In this document: piece by piece, positions 37,230 to 49,700 of the stretch
Numbering within the stretch: position 1 is the stretch's first letter
How the letters are laid out: each line of letters opens with the position of its first letter
NCBI GenBank assembly: GCA_013265495.1
Contig: MU058241.1
Span: forward strand, 807,249-871,248
Direction of reading: 5' to 3'
DNA from: Vicugna vicugna
Taxonomy: Eukaryota
DNA length: 64,000 nucleotides
Notes under the pieces: generated by a model
Databases searched by the model: none
Told to the model about the DNA's origin: nothing
What the model saw: only the letters and a program-made list of their open reading frames with translations
Made by a program: the position numbers and the translations under genes

Positions 37230-39464
37230 GGACCCACTCTTGAACTTAGAATATCCCTGCTCCTCCAGGCAGCCAACACTGCTCACAAAGGAGATGCTAA
37301 GAGATTATGCAACGTCTGGGGAATGCTTTGTACATGAAAATGCCCCACACACCACAAAACCAAGTGGTCAGACTATCATTTGGTGTCAATCACAGTTTAG
37401 AACCCCTGGGAGCGACCACGCCCAGTCAACCGGAACATGGATTATGACGAGTCTGCAGTATTAGAAGGTCAGTGACAGCTTGAGGACTCCGGTATTACTT
37501 ACATCTTCAGTGGCATGGAACCACCACAGAATTTTGGGTTTTGAAAGAGGAGGGAAATTACATGAGAAGCAGCTCTGGAATCCACTTCTGGTTCTTGCAG
37601 GAACTTCCTTTGTCTAACATCCGAGCTTCACTTGCCTTTCAGGTGACGAGCTCGTACCCATTTCACAGAGTTGCATTTAAGTGCCGTGGAGATCACACAG
37701 TATTTGACAAACTGTGAATGGCACTTTGACTTGAGAACCAACTATTCCGATGTAACACTCCACACTAATAGTGCTAGAGGCTACAACTACACCCCATTAA
37801 GGAAAAAGACCAAGATATCTTCTCTGAAGCTTTTATTATCTGCATGTTTGTGGTTTAGTCATTAGGTAGTTAAAACAGATCCCTGGCATTCCAGGAAATA
37901 ATACCATGGAACGTCTTTTATGAGAAATAATATTCTATGTCCCGAGGCTTTAAAATATAATCCTTTAATTTTTTTCTTTGTATATTTTTCATAACTTTAT
38001 GAGAGTTTTATTATTTTTTTTTCCCCTGACGAATACTCTCTATTCTGAGAAAATGAAGCAAGGGCATTTCTGGCCTCTCTGTGAAGTCATCCCGATGGCC
38101 TTTAATCCTCACTGCACAGAAATAACAGAGATGATATTTAATTGAATGTGACTACTTGAGGGCAAAGCTCTATTTTAAGGATAAACAGAAAGATTAACTC
38201 TTCATGTTCGTATTAAGTTCCTGATCAAGCTTTTTAATGTGTGGTATTCAGGCTCAGACAAAAAAAAAAAAAAGAAATTAAAGTAGTAGCATTAAGGAGG
38301 GAAAAAAAAAAAGTTGCAGCCAGCGACACTGAAATGGGACAAGACTGAACCGAACACAGGAGAAGGGCTACCATCAGCCCAGTCGAACACCATCCCCTTG
38401 CCCAGAACCGAAAGATGCTCAAAGGCCACATGTGCTGCTCTTGTGAAACCCGCAGCGTGGCAGGCAGCTGGGGAACCAGCTCGGGTGGCAAGCTGCCCCT
38501 GGGAACCGCAGGCTTCGTTCCCAGCGGGGTCCTTTCACAGTGGAAGAGACGGAAAGGCAGAGGCAGCACCGCTGTTGTCTCTGAAGCTGAAACAGCCGCC
38601 TGCACACACGGTGAGGGTGGAAGCAAGATGTGCCTCCAGGGCTGTGCACTACTCGGGCCAGTCCTCACGGGCACGAGGCTATCTGGGCATCGCTTTTCTC
38701 TGCAGATGCACTTGCTCTACCTCACAACAGAGAACCAAGCTGGAGCTGAATCATGTCTTATGTCGTAGACTCAGAGGTCATGCGGGGTCATTTCCACTAT
38801 CCCTTATTAGCCAAAGTAGACGAGGATGCCCCCTCCTGATGGGGGAGGGGGAGGTTCTGGAAGAGCATTCAGGACTGCAAATACATTTGGGGCATTTGGG
38901 AAGAGTACCGTCTTCCACGGTAGCCATACATACGCAGTTAACATTAACAAGTCAGGGAAGTCTTGTGCTATTCTTGCTGCTCTGCATCCTCAGAGCGGAA
39001 GGGTAGCTTATAATAGTCCAGCTATACCGGTTACAGTGTAGCACTCAGCATCACACTCACCCTTCTAGGCAGCCCCCTGTACCGCAGAGCATAAAGCCTG
39101 AAAAGCACTTTGTTTAGACTTCCTTTTCCTGTTTAGATCCTGATAGTGAAGGTACTCTGGCAAAACGTGAAAGGTGGAAGGGAAAGCAGACGTGGTTCCT
39201 GGCTCCCTCTGCAGCAGCTTCGGGTGCTGGCTGGGGGCAGACAGGACTTGCCCCCGTGGCTTTAAGGTGGCCTTCTGAGAACCCCTCCCGTGAACAGGGT
39301 GCTGTGGGAGGCTGAGGACAGCAATGGTGGCTTCTCTGTGATCTCTGTACCTCTACAAAGCTGCCTGCCTGAGTCCAGCCCCCGGAGCCCCAGTGTTGCA
39401 CATCTCTCTGATTCCTGCATGAGAACTCTGTCTACCCGGATGGTGAGGGTGGGTTGGTCCTTCT

Positions 39465-39720
39465 GACTGAGTCATTTGGGCAGGGCTTGGTGCGGGACGG
39501 TCTCTGCTTCACGTGGTGTCAGCACGAGTGATGTCAACTGAGGGTGTCCCTTTCATAATGACTGACAGTGACAACTTACGTGCTGGCTAAGACCTGAGGG
39601 CTTGGTCAGCGGAAAACCTAGACGCTGACTGTTCTCCAGATAGGCCTCCACACCTGCCCTGGGCTTCCTCACAACATGGCAGATGGCTCCCAACCACAAG
39701 AGTCCTGAAAGGTCATCCTC
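39465..39720 (-). mobile_element. Old MLT1 (F/G/H-like) LTR fragment
   Basis: 'atttgggcagggcttgg...tctgcttcacgtggtgtcagc...ggcctccac...tgggcttcctcacaacatggcag'. Confidence 0.6.
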
Positions 39721-39819
39721 ACTACCCTGCAGGTTCATCTCAATAAGTATGGAACATTATGATGTGTTTATGTATGTGAGATATGTAGTTACATAAACAT
39801 TTATCTAGATACATATCAG

Positions 39820-40136
39820 TATTGTGGTATCTATATATGTTTTGCTCACAGAGCAAAATGAGTATTTATTTGATGTAAAATTCATATTACTTTATTAAAT
39901 GAGTTATTTTACACAATATGGACATCAATATAATCACAATTATAAAAAATTTTTTGTAACAAGGATGGGCTGATTAATATTGTGGTATCTATGTATGTTT
40001 TGCTCACAGAGCAAAATGAGTATTTATTTGATGTTGTAAAATTCATATTACTTTATTAAATGAGTTATTTTACACAATATGGACATCAATATAATCACAA
40101 TTATAAAAAATTTTTTGTAACAAGGATGGGCTGATT
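39820..40136 (+). repeat. Two-copy near-identical tandem duplication, period 158 bp
   Basis: Copies 39820-39975 and 39978-40136 differ by one substitution and one 3-bp indel. Confidence 0.95.
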
Positions 40137-40322
40137 TTCAGATTTGCAAATCAGAGTCAAGAGTAAATTTACACAGAATTGTCTTTGCATGAAGCCCAAA
40201 AGGGAACAGCATAAAAATGAGTGTTTCTGTATCCCCTTTATTTTTGCTGACCAACAGTTTGTTTAAAAAAAAAAAAAGGCAGCTGCAGGTTTGTTACGTA
40301 AGTTCTGAGACAGCAGAAGAGT

Positions 40323-40352
40323 CAAAGGTGTCATGAATTCATGACACCTTTG
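40323..40352. repeat. Perfect 30-bp palindrome
   Basis: caaaggtgtcatgaa|ttcatgacacctttg is its own reverse complement. Confidence 0.95.
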
Positions 40353-40547
40353 GACAGAGGAGAATATGTCAAGAAAAAATTTCTAATGGTGGAAAAATGT
40401 TTAATTTGAAAGACAATTATTTAACCAGCAAAAGATTCACTGAAAACTGTCACAAGCATACGCGGTGAGGAAAATTACTCTGTCTCTAGGACCACAGTAA
40501 ACCACACTTTAAAATAATCATGAAAAAGTCCGCTAGGCTCATTGGTT

Positions 40548-41091
40548 CCTCTACTGCCTCTATCCTGATCTCACCTTATCTTTTCACCAAATACTCAGCC
40601 CTGAACGGCTAAGGAAATTTCTACAGAGCTTTGTCTCTCCATGTGTGCTTCAACAAGTGTGTTCACAGTCTGCTAAACAAACAAAGCATTCTTGCATGTG
40701 GCCTTTGCTGAAGAGGTGGGGAAAGAGGTGGAGTCAGGATGCGCAGAGCACAGCGGTCAGGGCCGCGGTCCACCACATCCAACCTAAACGGGGCTCGATG
40801 TGTGTCTATCCCACATACCCTCTACTGCCTCTGTCCTGATCTCACCTTATCTTTTCACCAAATACTCAGCCCTAACGGCTAAGGAAATTTCTACAGAACT
40901 TTGTCTCTCCATGTGTGCTTCAACAAGTGTGTTCACAGTTTGCTAAACAAACAAAGCATTCTTGCATGTGGCCTTTCCTGAAGAGGTGGGGAAAGAGGTG
41001 TAGTCAGGATGCGCAGAGCACGGCGGTCAGGGCCGCGGTTCACCACATCCAACCTAAACGGGGCTCGATGTGTGTCTATCCCACATTCCCT
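40548..41091 (+). repeat. Two-copy tandem duplication, period 271 bp
   Basis: Copies start at 40548 and 40819 with about nine differences. This explains the twin ORFs MLQQVCSQ... at 40645 and 40915. Confidence 0.95.
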
Positions 41092-43539
41092 GATTTGTTA
41101 TGAGCAGGTTTTTATTAAATTGGACCCTGGGGCAACTTAACTGTTCTCTCCCATGGAAAGCACATACAGCTGAAAGAGCGCTTCCTCGTGAGGAGTGCAC
41201 CCAGCATCTGCTGAGACCAATCCGGCCAAGGGGAAAGACTTGGATCATAATTGGGAGCTAATGTGTAAACTCAATAGACAGCTGAGACGGTCTTAGTACC
41301 AAGCTTGATTTTGTGTGTGTGTCATGATTGCCAGTAAAATCTGGGGACCAGGACTCCTCCAGCAGCCATAAACATAATAACAACAGATAACTGTTAAAAA
41401 CCTTCCCCCTCACCCATGAACAGACAGGATGACTTTATGTATTGCGTCTGGATTCAGCTTCCAGACCATGACATCAGCGTGCATATATCATCGCCATGTG
41501 CCAGCAAAATCCCATCACGTGCTGCTAAAGAGAAAATGTGTTCATGCTGGACGTGGAGTTCACCATGCGGGCTGGTAATTGTTATTCCCATTGTAAGAAA
41601 TATGTGCACTGCCAGGGAAACAGTGCTTACTGACCCTCTGTTAGGTCACTGGATACAAAAGTTTAACAGGTATACTCATGCTGCAGACGAACAACAGGCA
41701 ATTTCACATCCTTTTTTTATTTCTTTTTTTGAGTGTGACCTCCTATCTCTAGTATTTTTCTTCCTCTCAGGCACAAACGTCTGCACTTGAAGCCCATCAG
41801 TCAGTGGTTCATAGAATGAATCCATCTATTCAGGCAGCATAACATTAGAAAGTGATGCCCTGATTGCCAAGGTCAGGAGACAACATGGGCCAGAAATCTA
41901 CGTTCTACAAAGCGTCAGTGTTGTCTTGTTTCTGAAAGGCCCCTAAAAATGCACACTTTACAGCCTCCTGCCTCCTCCAGTCTAAAGTCCTAGATCCTAA
42001 ATCCGGACCCTCCAGGATCTGTCTTTATCCAAGTCTAATAGGTCAAGCAGAGGCTGGCCCCAGTGGGACTGGCCGAGAGGAGCTGATTGGCCACAGGGCA
42101 GGGGCAGCGTACTTGGGAGTGTTTGCCTGGCAAAAATGTGTGTGTGGAGGCGGTGGGAGGGGCAGCATGGGGCAGTCAGGAACCAAACATCAGGCTGATC
42201 CCTTGAGACAGTCAGGTCTGGGAGGACCTGATGTGGCCACCAGAGTGAGGTCATCCAAAGGGGGCCTGAGTATGATGCGGCGGGGAGCCCAGCTGGAAGC
42301 CATTCCATGTCCAGGAATCCTGAGAGCAAGCATTGCTATGAAGCTGCAGCCTATGCCGAGCACTTACAGGTACACCATCTGGCTGGAGTCTCCTCAAATC
42401 TCTGCACAGGCAGCAGAGCCAGAACCACTTCTCTGAGATCAGATGCAAACCGCCCACCATGACAACCCTTAGCATCCTTCCTCCTGCAGCCTCACCACCA
42501 CGAGGTGGTCGACAAGCGATACCAGGAGAACTGCCTGTACTTCGCTGCTTTCCTCCCTTTGCCTGGGACATAAAAGATGCTACAAACCTACTTGTTAACA
42601 GAAGGAACAGGCCCAGATAGTACGCCATTTCCACAAAGTGGCAAAGCCGAGTCTCAAATCTTTAACCATAACTTCTTTTTAGAATTGAAAGGTGAGGACT
42701 AGGGTCCACCTGCTTGACTCCAGAACCAGGAGAAGATGAAAAGGAAAGCAGGAAGGAAGCTAAAGAGAGGGAGGAAGACGTCCTTCATGAGTGCCCCTGC
42801 CACGAAGGGTATAGTGGCTGGCGGCCAGTCCGCGCTGGGCATACAGTGAACTGGACCCCGAGCCACCTGCCATGGACTTCCCTTGCCCTTGTTTACGGAT
42901 CTGCTCCATTCACCCCACAGGCTACTTAAAACTGCTCTACTCCCTTTAAACCTTCCACCACTATGTCTGTCTAAGCTCAGCTGATAAAAAGAATTATCAA
43001 ACATGTACCGAGTTCTTGCCAAAGGCCAGGAGCCAGTCTAAGCCCTTTTAAGATGGTCACATATTCAATCATCACTCCAGCCGCAGGAATCATTTGTGTC
43101 CCTCCACCTGCTGACGAAAGACAGGGAGGTGGAGAGGGTGACGTCTCCGGGCGCAGGATGAGGAGATGTGAAGAGGTGGAGTTGGGAACTAAGGTTCCCA
43201 GAGCACCCCGCGCTCCTTCTAGTCAGAGTAGTTCACGCTCTTGGTAACTTCTTTAACACCCCGCTTGCCTCCATGGAGAAGAAGCCGCACTTCTCTTCAC
43301 GCTAGGGTTAATCCTTCCACCCCAGCCCGGGACACATCCCCTCCAGCCCCGCTGAGGGACTCTGTGGCTCTTCCTGTACCTTCAATCTCTCCCTCTCTCT
43401 GGTCCCCTTCTCTGTGTATCCATACGTAAAGCACATCCATTAAAAAAATCTTCCCTCAGTCCGGCACTCTCTTAGATCCCACAAACAACGTCTCTCCTCC
43501 CCTTCAGGGGCACGTTTCCCAAGAGATGAGTCTCCATCT

Positions 43540-44760
43540 TCCTTGTCTTCTTCCCTACACGCCGCTCAACTCTAAACCCACCATCGCAGGGCCATGCCAC
43601 CACCACGCCAAGACAGTTCTTCCCACGAAGGTCCCCCCAACCTTCCAACTGTGTGACCCAGGGACTCCTTCATGGTCTTTCTGTACTTGAACTCTCTGGG
43701 GCATCTGACCCTAATGTCTAGGTCTCTGCCCTTGGCTTCTATGACACCACAAGGTCTTGGTTTTCTGAGCCTCTGCCTGGTTTTCTTTCACAGCCTCTTC
43801 TGTAGGCTCATTTCCTACTGGTTTCCTCTCAACGTCGGAGCACAGCAACATGTGGCCCTCAGACCTCCATCCTCCACTCCTGGGCTCTGCCTCATGGCTT
43901 CTCAGCTTCGCCACGGCCCACTGACCTGGTGGGCAGACCCCTCTCTCTTGTAGCACCATGCTGCAGGTTTAGCAGCATCCCTGGTCTCTACCCACCGGAG
44001 GCTGGTGGCACCCCTTCCTCTGACTGTAAGACTTTAGAGGTCTCCAGACATCGCCAAGTGTCCTCTAGGAGTAAAGTCACCCCAGGCTGAGCTCCACCAT
44101 TTCACACACTGCCCACCTCTTTAATCAGTATGTGTGTGATGTTTCATAACAGAACATTTTCACATGTATATTCCCAACCCGACCTTCCTCGTGAGCACCA
44201 GATTCTTCCATCCTGTTTGGTAATTCCACTTGGAGACCCCTGACACACAGGGATGGAAGTTGAACACTGCCCACAATGAACCCATCTTCCCCCCTTGCTT
44301 GTCTGTCTGAGCATCTTCGAGGTTCCCAACCTCAGTAGAGGGTGCCACCATCACCTCAACTTCCCCAGCCAAGACCTCAGGGCCTCTCTGACCCCTCATC
44401 TAATCCAGCACCAAGCCCCTGAGACCCTCCCTCATGCACAGGCAGCCTCGTCTCCCTGGGCCTGCTGTCTCTACCTTCCCTCGAGCTTCCATTGCCTTTC
44501 CTCCCCTGAGTACCCAGCTTTCCAACTTCCAATTGTTCACTTCACCATTCATGAGTCCAGATGCAACCAGAGGGACCAGGTCCACGGTTAAGCCTGCCTA
44601 CACCTTGCAAATAACCTTCACAGCTTCAGCACCTTTCAACATTGCTACGAGAAAGCGCAAACTCCAGAGCATGGTGTACGAGGGACTGCGTGCCCGCCGA
44701 GGCTCTGCATTGGATGATCCTCCAGCCTGAACTCCCTCCTCCTCATCCTCCCTCTACCGC
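43540..44760 (+). mobile_element. Decayed L2 LINE interrupted by MER20
   Basis: Pyrimidine-rich L2-like strings 'cccttggcttctatgacaccac...tcttggttttct' and 'ttccacttggag...ttgaacactgcccacaatgaacccatcttcccc'. Confidence 0.55.
43893..44098. mobile_element. MER20 hAT-Charlie DNA transposon
   Basis: 'gtttagcagcatccctggtctctacccac...gtctccagacatcgccaagtgtcctctagg...tcaccc'. Confidence 0.85.
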
Positions 44761-44832
44761 TGCACACCCATCTCTCCCTGGTCCCCTCCTCCAGGCCCCC
44801 GCGGACCGAGGGAACGCCCCGCCACGCGCCAT

Positions 44833-44881
44833 CTCTCTCTCTCTCACACACACACACATGCACACACACACACACACACAC
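44833..44881. repeat. Compound (CT)n(CA)n microsatellite
   Basis: ctctctctctctcacacacacacacatgcacacacacacacacacacac. Confidence 0.95.
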
Positions 44882-46227
44882 GACCTCCTCGCTTCCCAGT
44901 TCCCTCCCCAGCCTGGGGCTCTAGGACCCCATGCCAGCCGCTGGATACCTGCTTGTTTCTTAGATCCCATGATAAACATAGTCCAGCGACATGATCAGTT
45001 AATATATTTAGTAAGCACAGGAATAATCCATCTGGGCAGTGAAGTGTTTCAGCACCCAGGGCCAATTTTATCACACTCTAATACACTGCTGCAATCTGAG
45101 GCTCTGGGCTGGAACCGGACCTGCTGCACTGTTACCAGTAGCTCTGTTCCTCCTGACAAGGGACCCAGAGTTGAAGGGAAGGGAGGGGGTGTAGGCAAGG
45201 AACCAGCGTTTACTGAGTATCCACTCTCCAGCCTCTTTCTGGGCTTCCTCACTTAATGCTCGAGCAGCCCTTGGAAGTGAGCAGCAATTTAGAGGTGGGG
45301 AAACTAAGGCTCACAGACAGTAATCACCATTTCGTGGCCTATAAGAATGTATACTGATTATCTCACGGTTTCCATGGGTCAGGAGTTTGGGCACAGAAAT
45401 TCACAGGTCTTGCCCCAGTTCAAGATGACAGATTTCATAGGGCGTTACTGAAGCAGGTAGGGATTCTGCCTACTGGATCAGTGTTCTGAAAAAGCGTGAG
45501 ATTTCCTGTCAAAAGAGCTAGGTTCGTATCCCAAATCCGTAGGCGGCTGAGTTAATTACTTGTGAGTCTGAGTCATCGGTAGTAATTTGTGCTAACTTGT
45601 TACCCAGCAATAAGTAACTAAAAAATCTGTGCTGTGTTAGTATAAAAAACACCATAGACTACCTGCAGAACATAGCAAAAAATTCCTTTTCCTTTTTCAC
45701 CCTAGTTCCCCAGACCTGTCATACTTTGTAAAGGACTGTAAATCATCCGCCTTACAAAAGAGAAAGCCCTAAAATCTGCTCTGCCAAGCACTTTGCAGCA
45801 ACAATGTCCCTTTCTATAAAAATTATATGGTAATACTAGATCCAGCTGCATTTCTACGCACCTAAGTACTTTCCCATCTTTCAGAAAGACTTTACAAACG
45901 GCCAGGGCTGTTACAACAAAGCCCTGAGTGGAAACACAGCTGCACCACACAGGGTCTGCCTGGTCAGGCGGCCCCACGTACAGAGCGGCGCCACTCAGGT
46001 GGGCTTCCTGGTGCAGATTTATGGGGCTGCGCTGGTGTGACATCAGACACAAGTGACAGGGAAGCAGGCTGGGCACTGCAGGCTTCGGTTAAGCCGAACA
46101 GCAGCAGGCAGGTCTGGACTTACACGGCTCTGTCCTGAAAAGCAGAGGGATCACGTCCCAAGTGCGGTGGAGCCTGGCCAACAAAAAGCCGAAGCTCCAG
46201 AAGGTAAAACACCGGCCTTCCCTTACT

Positions 46228-46412
46228 CTAGGGGTTCCCAGCCTCGGCACCATTGACGTGTGGCTGTGGGCAATGCTTTGCTGTGGGCTGTGCACTGTAG
46301 GACGCTTAGAAGGCCCCTGGTCTCCACCACCAGATGCCAGTAGAACCCCCTCTCCTCCCAACCACTGGCCACCAGGGAGGGGTACTAAGTCACCCCCAAC
46401 CGAGGACCCGTG
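46228..46412. mobile_element. MER20 hAT-Charlie DNA transposon
   Basis: 'ggttcccagcctcggcaccattgac...tgtgcactgtaggacgcttag...ccctggtctc..ccaccagatgccagtag...tcacccccaaccgaggacc'. Confidence 0.85.
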
Positions 46413-46624
46413 CTTTAAGCAATTAATAGATTAATTCTGTTCTCAATTCCCCACTACAGCGAATGACCTAGCACGTCCGGGATCGGACAAGCTAACAAAC
46501 GTGACAATGTGAGGTATGTTGCTGGGATTCCAAAAGACAAGACTTTCCGGCCTGCACCACACCTCAAGGTACCTTGTAAACAGTGTCCGTAACTTTGAAG
46601 AAACAGATCCACAAACAAGCATAC

Positions 46625-46725
46625 CGATTACGGCTACATCGTTTGCCTTCTCCGTGGGCTCGTGTTTTAAAGGGGAAACACAGCTGCGGGTGATACAGGG
46701 CCGAGTCGACTATAACTGAGAGCGG
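46625..46725 (-). other. Candidate 101-nt internal non-coding (5' UTR) exon of the minus-strand host gene
   Basis: Minus strand reads tctgttttgggttgtccag|CCGCTCTC...GCCGTAATCG|gtatgc. Unique, CpG-rich sequence; length is not a multiple of 3. Confidence 0.4.
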
Positions 46726-49700
46726 CTGGACAACCCAAAACAGACGTTTCTCAGGAGCACCCTTCAGGGGGTTCCACCGGGTTTTTAAGGCACATGAACT
46801 AACTGCTTTAGCATCGTGTGCTCCTTGTAAAGAGGATTATTCTTTTGAATCACACAATCAGCTTCTGACCGGGCAGCTTGAGTTCAGATTTCCCTGCACT
46901 GTGTCCATAAGACGCCTGCACCTTGATAAAGATGGGTTGTTGTGAGATTAGTCTTGGTTCTTGGAACAACAGGATCGTATTTTGTTATGGTCAACGTCTA
47001 CATAATCACGCAAGTCTTTACATTCCCTTTGCCTGCTTAAGAAAAGTCCCTCCTTAATTTTTAACAATTCCTGTGAACACTTTTTATTTTACAAAAATGT
47101 AAAGTAGTTTTCTTCATCTTAAATTACATTAAATTTTTTTTGAAACAGGAAACAAAAGCAACACTGAAAGTATTTTCTGAAAGACTTGTTTTAGGTAAAA
47201 TTATCATTACCTCTAATCGACCATATTTGAAGGAAATAAGCTTTCTGTTCCTTGATGGGCATATTTGAAACAAATACATTTCTTTTTAACTTTATTCCCA
47301 CATCAATACATGTAAATCACATGTATGGTATATTAAAATATATAATTGCATTTAAAGTATTTATTTAAAAGAGGCATACTATGAATTGCAGAAATGTAGT
47401 TTTTATTTTAATAGAAATTTCTTAACCCAAAGTAATTTCTTAACCCAGAGTGATGCCATGTCTGGACTGAGAATTAGGTTTTAGAGAGAATGGGAAACAC
47501 CTTTGTACACCACAGAGTGCCAGTGGGCAGAAACGTGGAGGTTGAACAGGTTTTCTAAACTCATGAAGTTAGATGTGCCAGAATCTGCCCATGTTCAGAA
47601 AAAGAGAAGGGGAGGAGAGAGAGAGTGGGAGGCAGTCAGCATCCCCTCATGTCAAACACAGAAGCTCATAAACTAATCAACAGACCTATCTAACTGCGGA
47701 ACTGATGGAATAACCATGTGCCCTGCACTGTTTTAGATCCTTTCCCCTTTTATCCACTGACCTAATCGATTCAGCTGTTCAGCAACGACCAGCCCCTTGC
47801 CCTCAGAGGGAGGGGGCAGCTTTGGCCCCCTCCCTGGGAACTTCACTACCTCATGAGGCAGTACAGCAACAGCAAGCTGCAGATTCACGTCTGCCAGACA
47901 CATGCACAGGTGCCCGTGAGCCAGCACAAACCCGTCAGACGACCTGTCCCAGCAGCCCAGGGGAAGCCCCACTTTCTGCTCTTAGGTTCTCTGAGGAGCA
48001 CCCCTTTGCTTCAAACATGCACCTCCACCCAGACGTCACGGCCTCGGGGCAGAATTCCGCTGGGAAGCCGATGTCACAGAAACACCCATCTTCCTACCCA
48101 AGCACCGAATGCAGGCCTCGGGCGCCGTGCTGGCCAGGGGCAGGTGGGCCTGCACATGCTCTCTGGACCAGCGCCGTTCATTCCATGCCATGTGTATTTT
48201 CTATTGTTGTTTCTAACAGCGTTGATGTTGTTTAACAAGTTAACTGGTACAACTTTCAACAGCGAAGCTTAGGTGCTAAGTAACCACCCCTGGACTGGGG
48301 ACTCTTGATCGGGGACCTTCCTTTTGAAAGCCATCCCTGAACTGTGACTTCCTGATACAAGCCCTTCAGCTGTTAGCTACCGTCTCCTGCGGTGTATTGT
48401 GGGGAATATTTGCACACCCACAAGTATATCAACTGGATTGTAATTTTTTTTAACAGAAAATTACATGCAAAATAGGGCTTCACAGTAAGACACAGCCCTA
48501 AGATACAAGTGGGAATTCTCTATTTCTACAAATAGGTGATTTAAGTAGCATTCGGAGTTGCCAGATCAAGACGGCAGAATAGGAGGACATGGAGCTCATC
48601 TCCTCCCACAGATACATCAAAAACGCACCTACTTGTGGAACAGTTATTGCACAGCACCTGCTGAACACTGGCAGACGATGTCATAAAACCAAAAATGCAA
48701 GAAAGTTCACCAGGTAACCAGGCAGGAGGATGAAAGGAGGGAAAAGGAACTGGGATGGGACCTGAGCCCCTAGGAGGGGGCTGCGAAAGAGGGAAGGTTC
48801 CCGCATCCTGGGGACTCCTTCACTGGCAGGTAGATCAGCCAGGACAGAAAGGGAGCCTCAGAGACTCAGAGGAGAATACAGCCACCAGTGCGCAGCAGGC
48901 AGAACAGGGCCAGACCAGCACAGGTGGTCCTGGCCACCTCGCTGCACTCCCTAGCCTGAGCAGCACGCCTGCTGTGCGTGCAGGGTCTGGGTGCTGAAAT
49001 GTGGGTTTCAGAGGACAGACCTGGGGGAAGACCAAGGTCGTGTGCAGGCAGGAGGCCAGATGTGCCACTGAAGCCCCACTTATAATCCGAGTGCTCGAAG
49101 GGAGAGGTGGAGTGGCCACAGTGGCTACGCTCTCTGGGAGCTCACAGCAGGAGTGGGTTCTGGGAGCACTGACGCTCAGGCAGGCTGCCCACATGTGGAG
49201 GCCGAATCCAAGCCGATCCCCAGGGGCTGCATGACTGTGGAAGTGGAGCTGAAATCTGCGTGTCCCCGTGGCTCTGTGATTTGTAGGCTTGTGTGCTGCT
49301 GGTGAATTTGTAAACTCAGTGCCTGCGGGACATCTGAGTGGATTACTGGTGTGTCCGTGGCTGAGGCAGGTGAGGGACAGGCTGTGAGAGTGCACGTGCA
49401 CAGAGGTGCGGCTGGAGCGGCAGCTGACCCCACAGCCCCCATGACAGGTGCAAGCGCACGACCACGGCAGTGCTGACACCCGACCACGGGGTCCCACGCC
49501 AGTGGATCTGCACTAGTAGCTCTGCGAGCACAGCAGCTGAGGGACACCCAGGCCAGCTGCCTGAATTCCCAGGGCTGACGTGAAGCCAAGGGCAGCAACA
49601 GAAACGGTGCACTCTGTGAGCCCACACAACAGGTGACAGGCAACACCACAGAGCACACTTTCCAGGAGACAGGGGAATACTCAGGGGCTCCTCTCCAAGT

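Noticed and set aside
38314..39006. Longest ORF in the track (230 aa, plus strand)
   Set aside because: Non-ATG start, no recognisable domain, overlapping ORFs in other frames, and partly MLT1-like sequence; consistent with a chance GC-rich frame.
39820..41091. Repeats as a possible CRISPR-like array
   Set aside because: Two-copy tandem duplications without spacers, in mammalian DNA; no cas genes.
44642..45256. 204-aa ORF with Pro and His/Thr runs
   Set aside because: Its composition comes from the (CT)n(CA)n microsatellite and L2-derived pyrimidine tracts.
7556..45575. Scattered AP-1 (TGASTCA) motifs
   Set aside because: The number seen is about what chance predicts, with no tight cluster.
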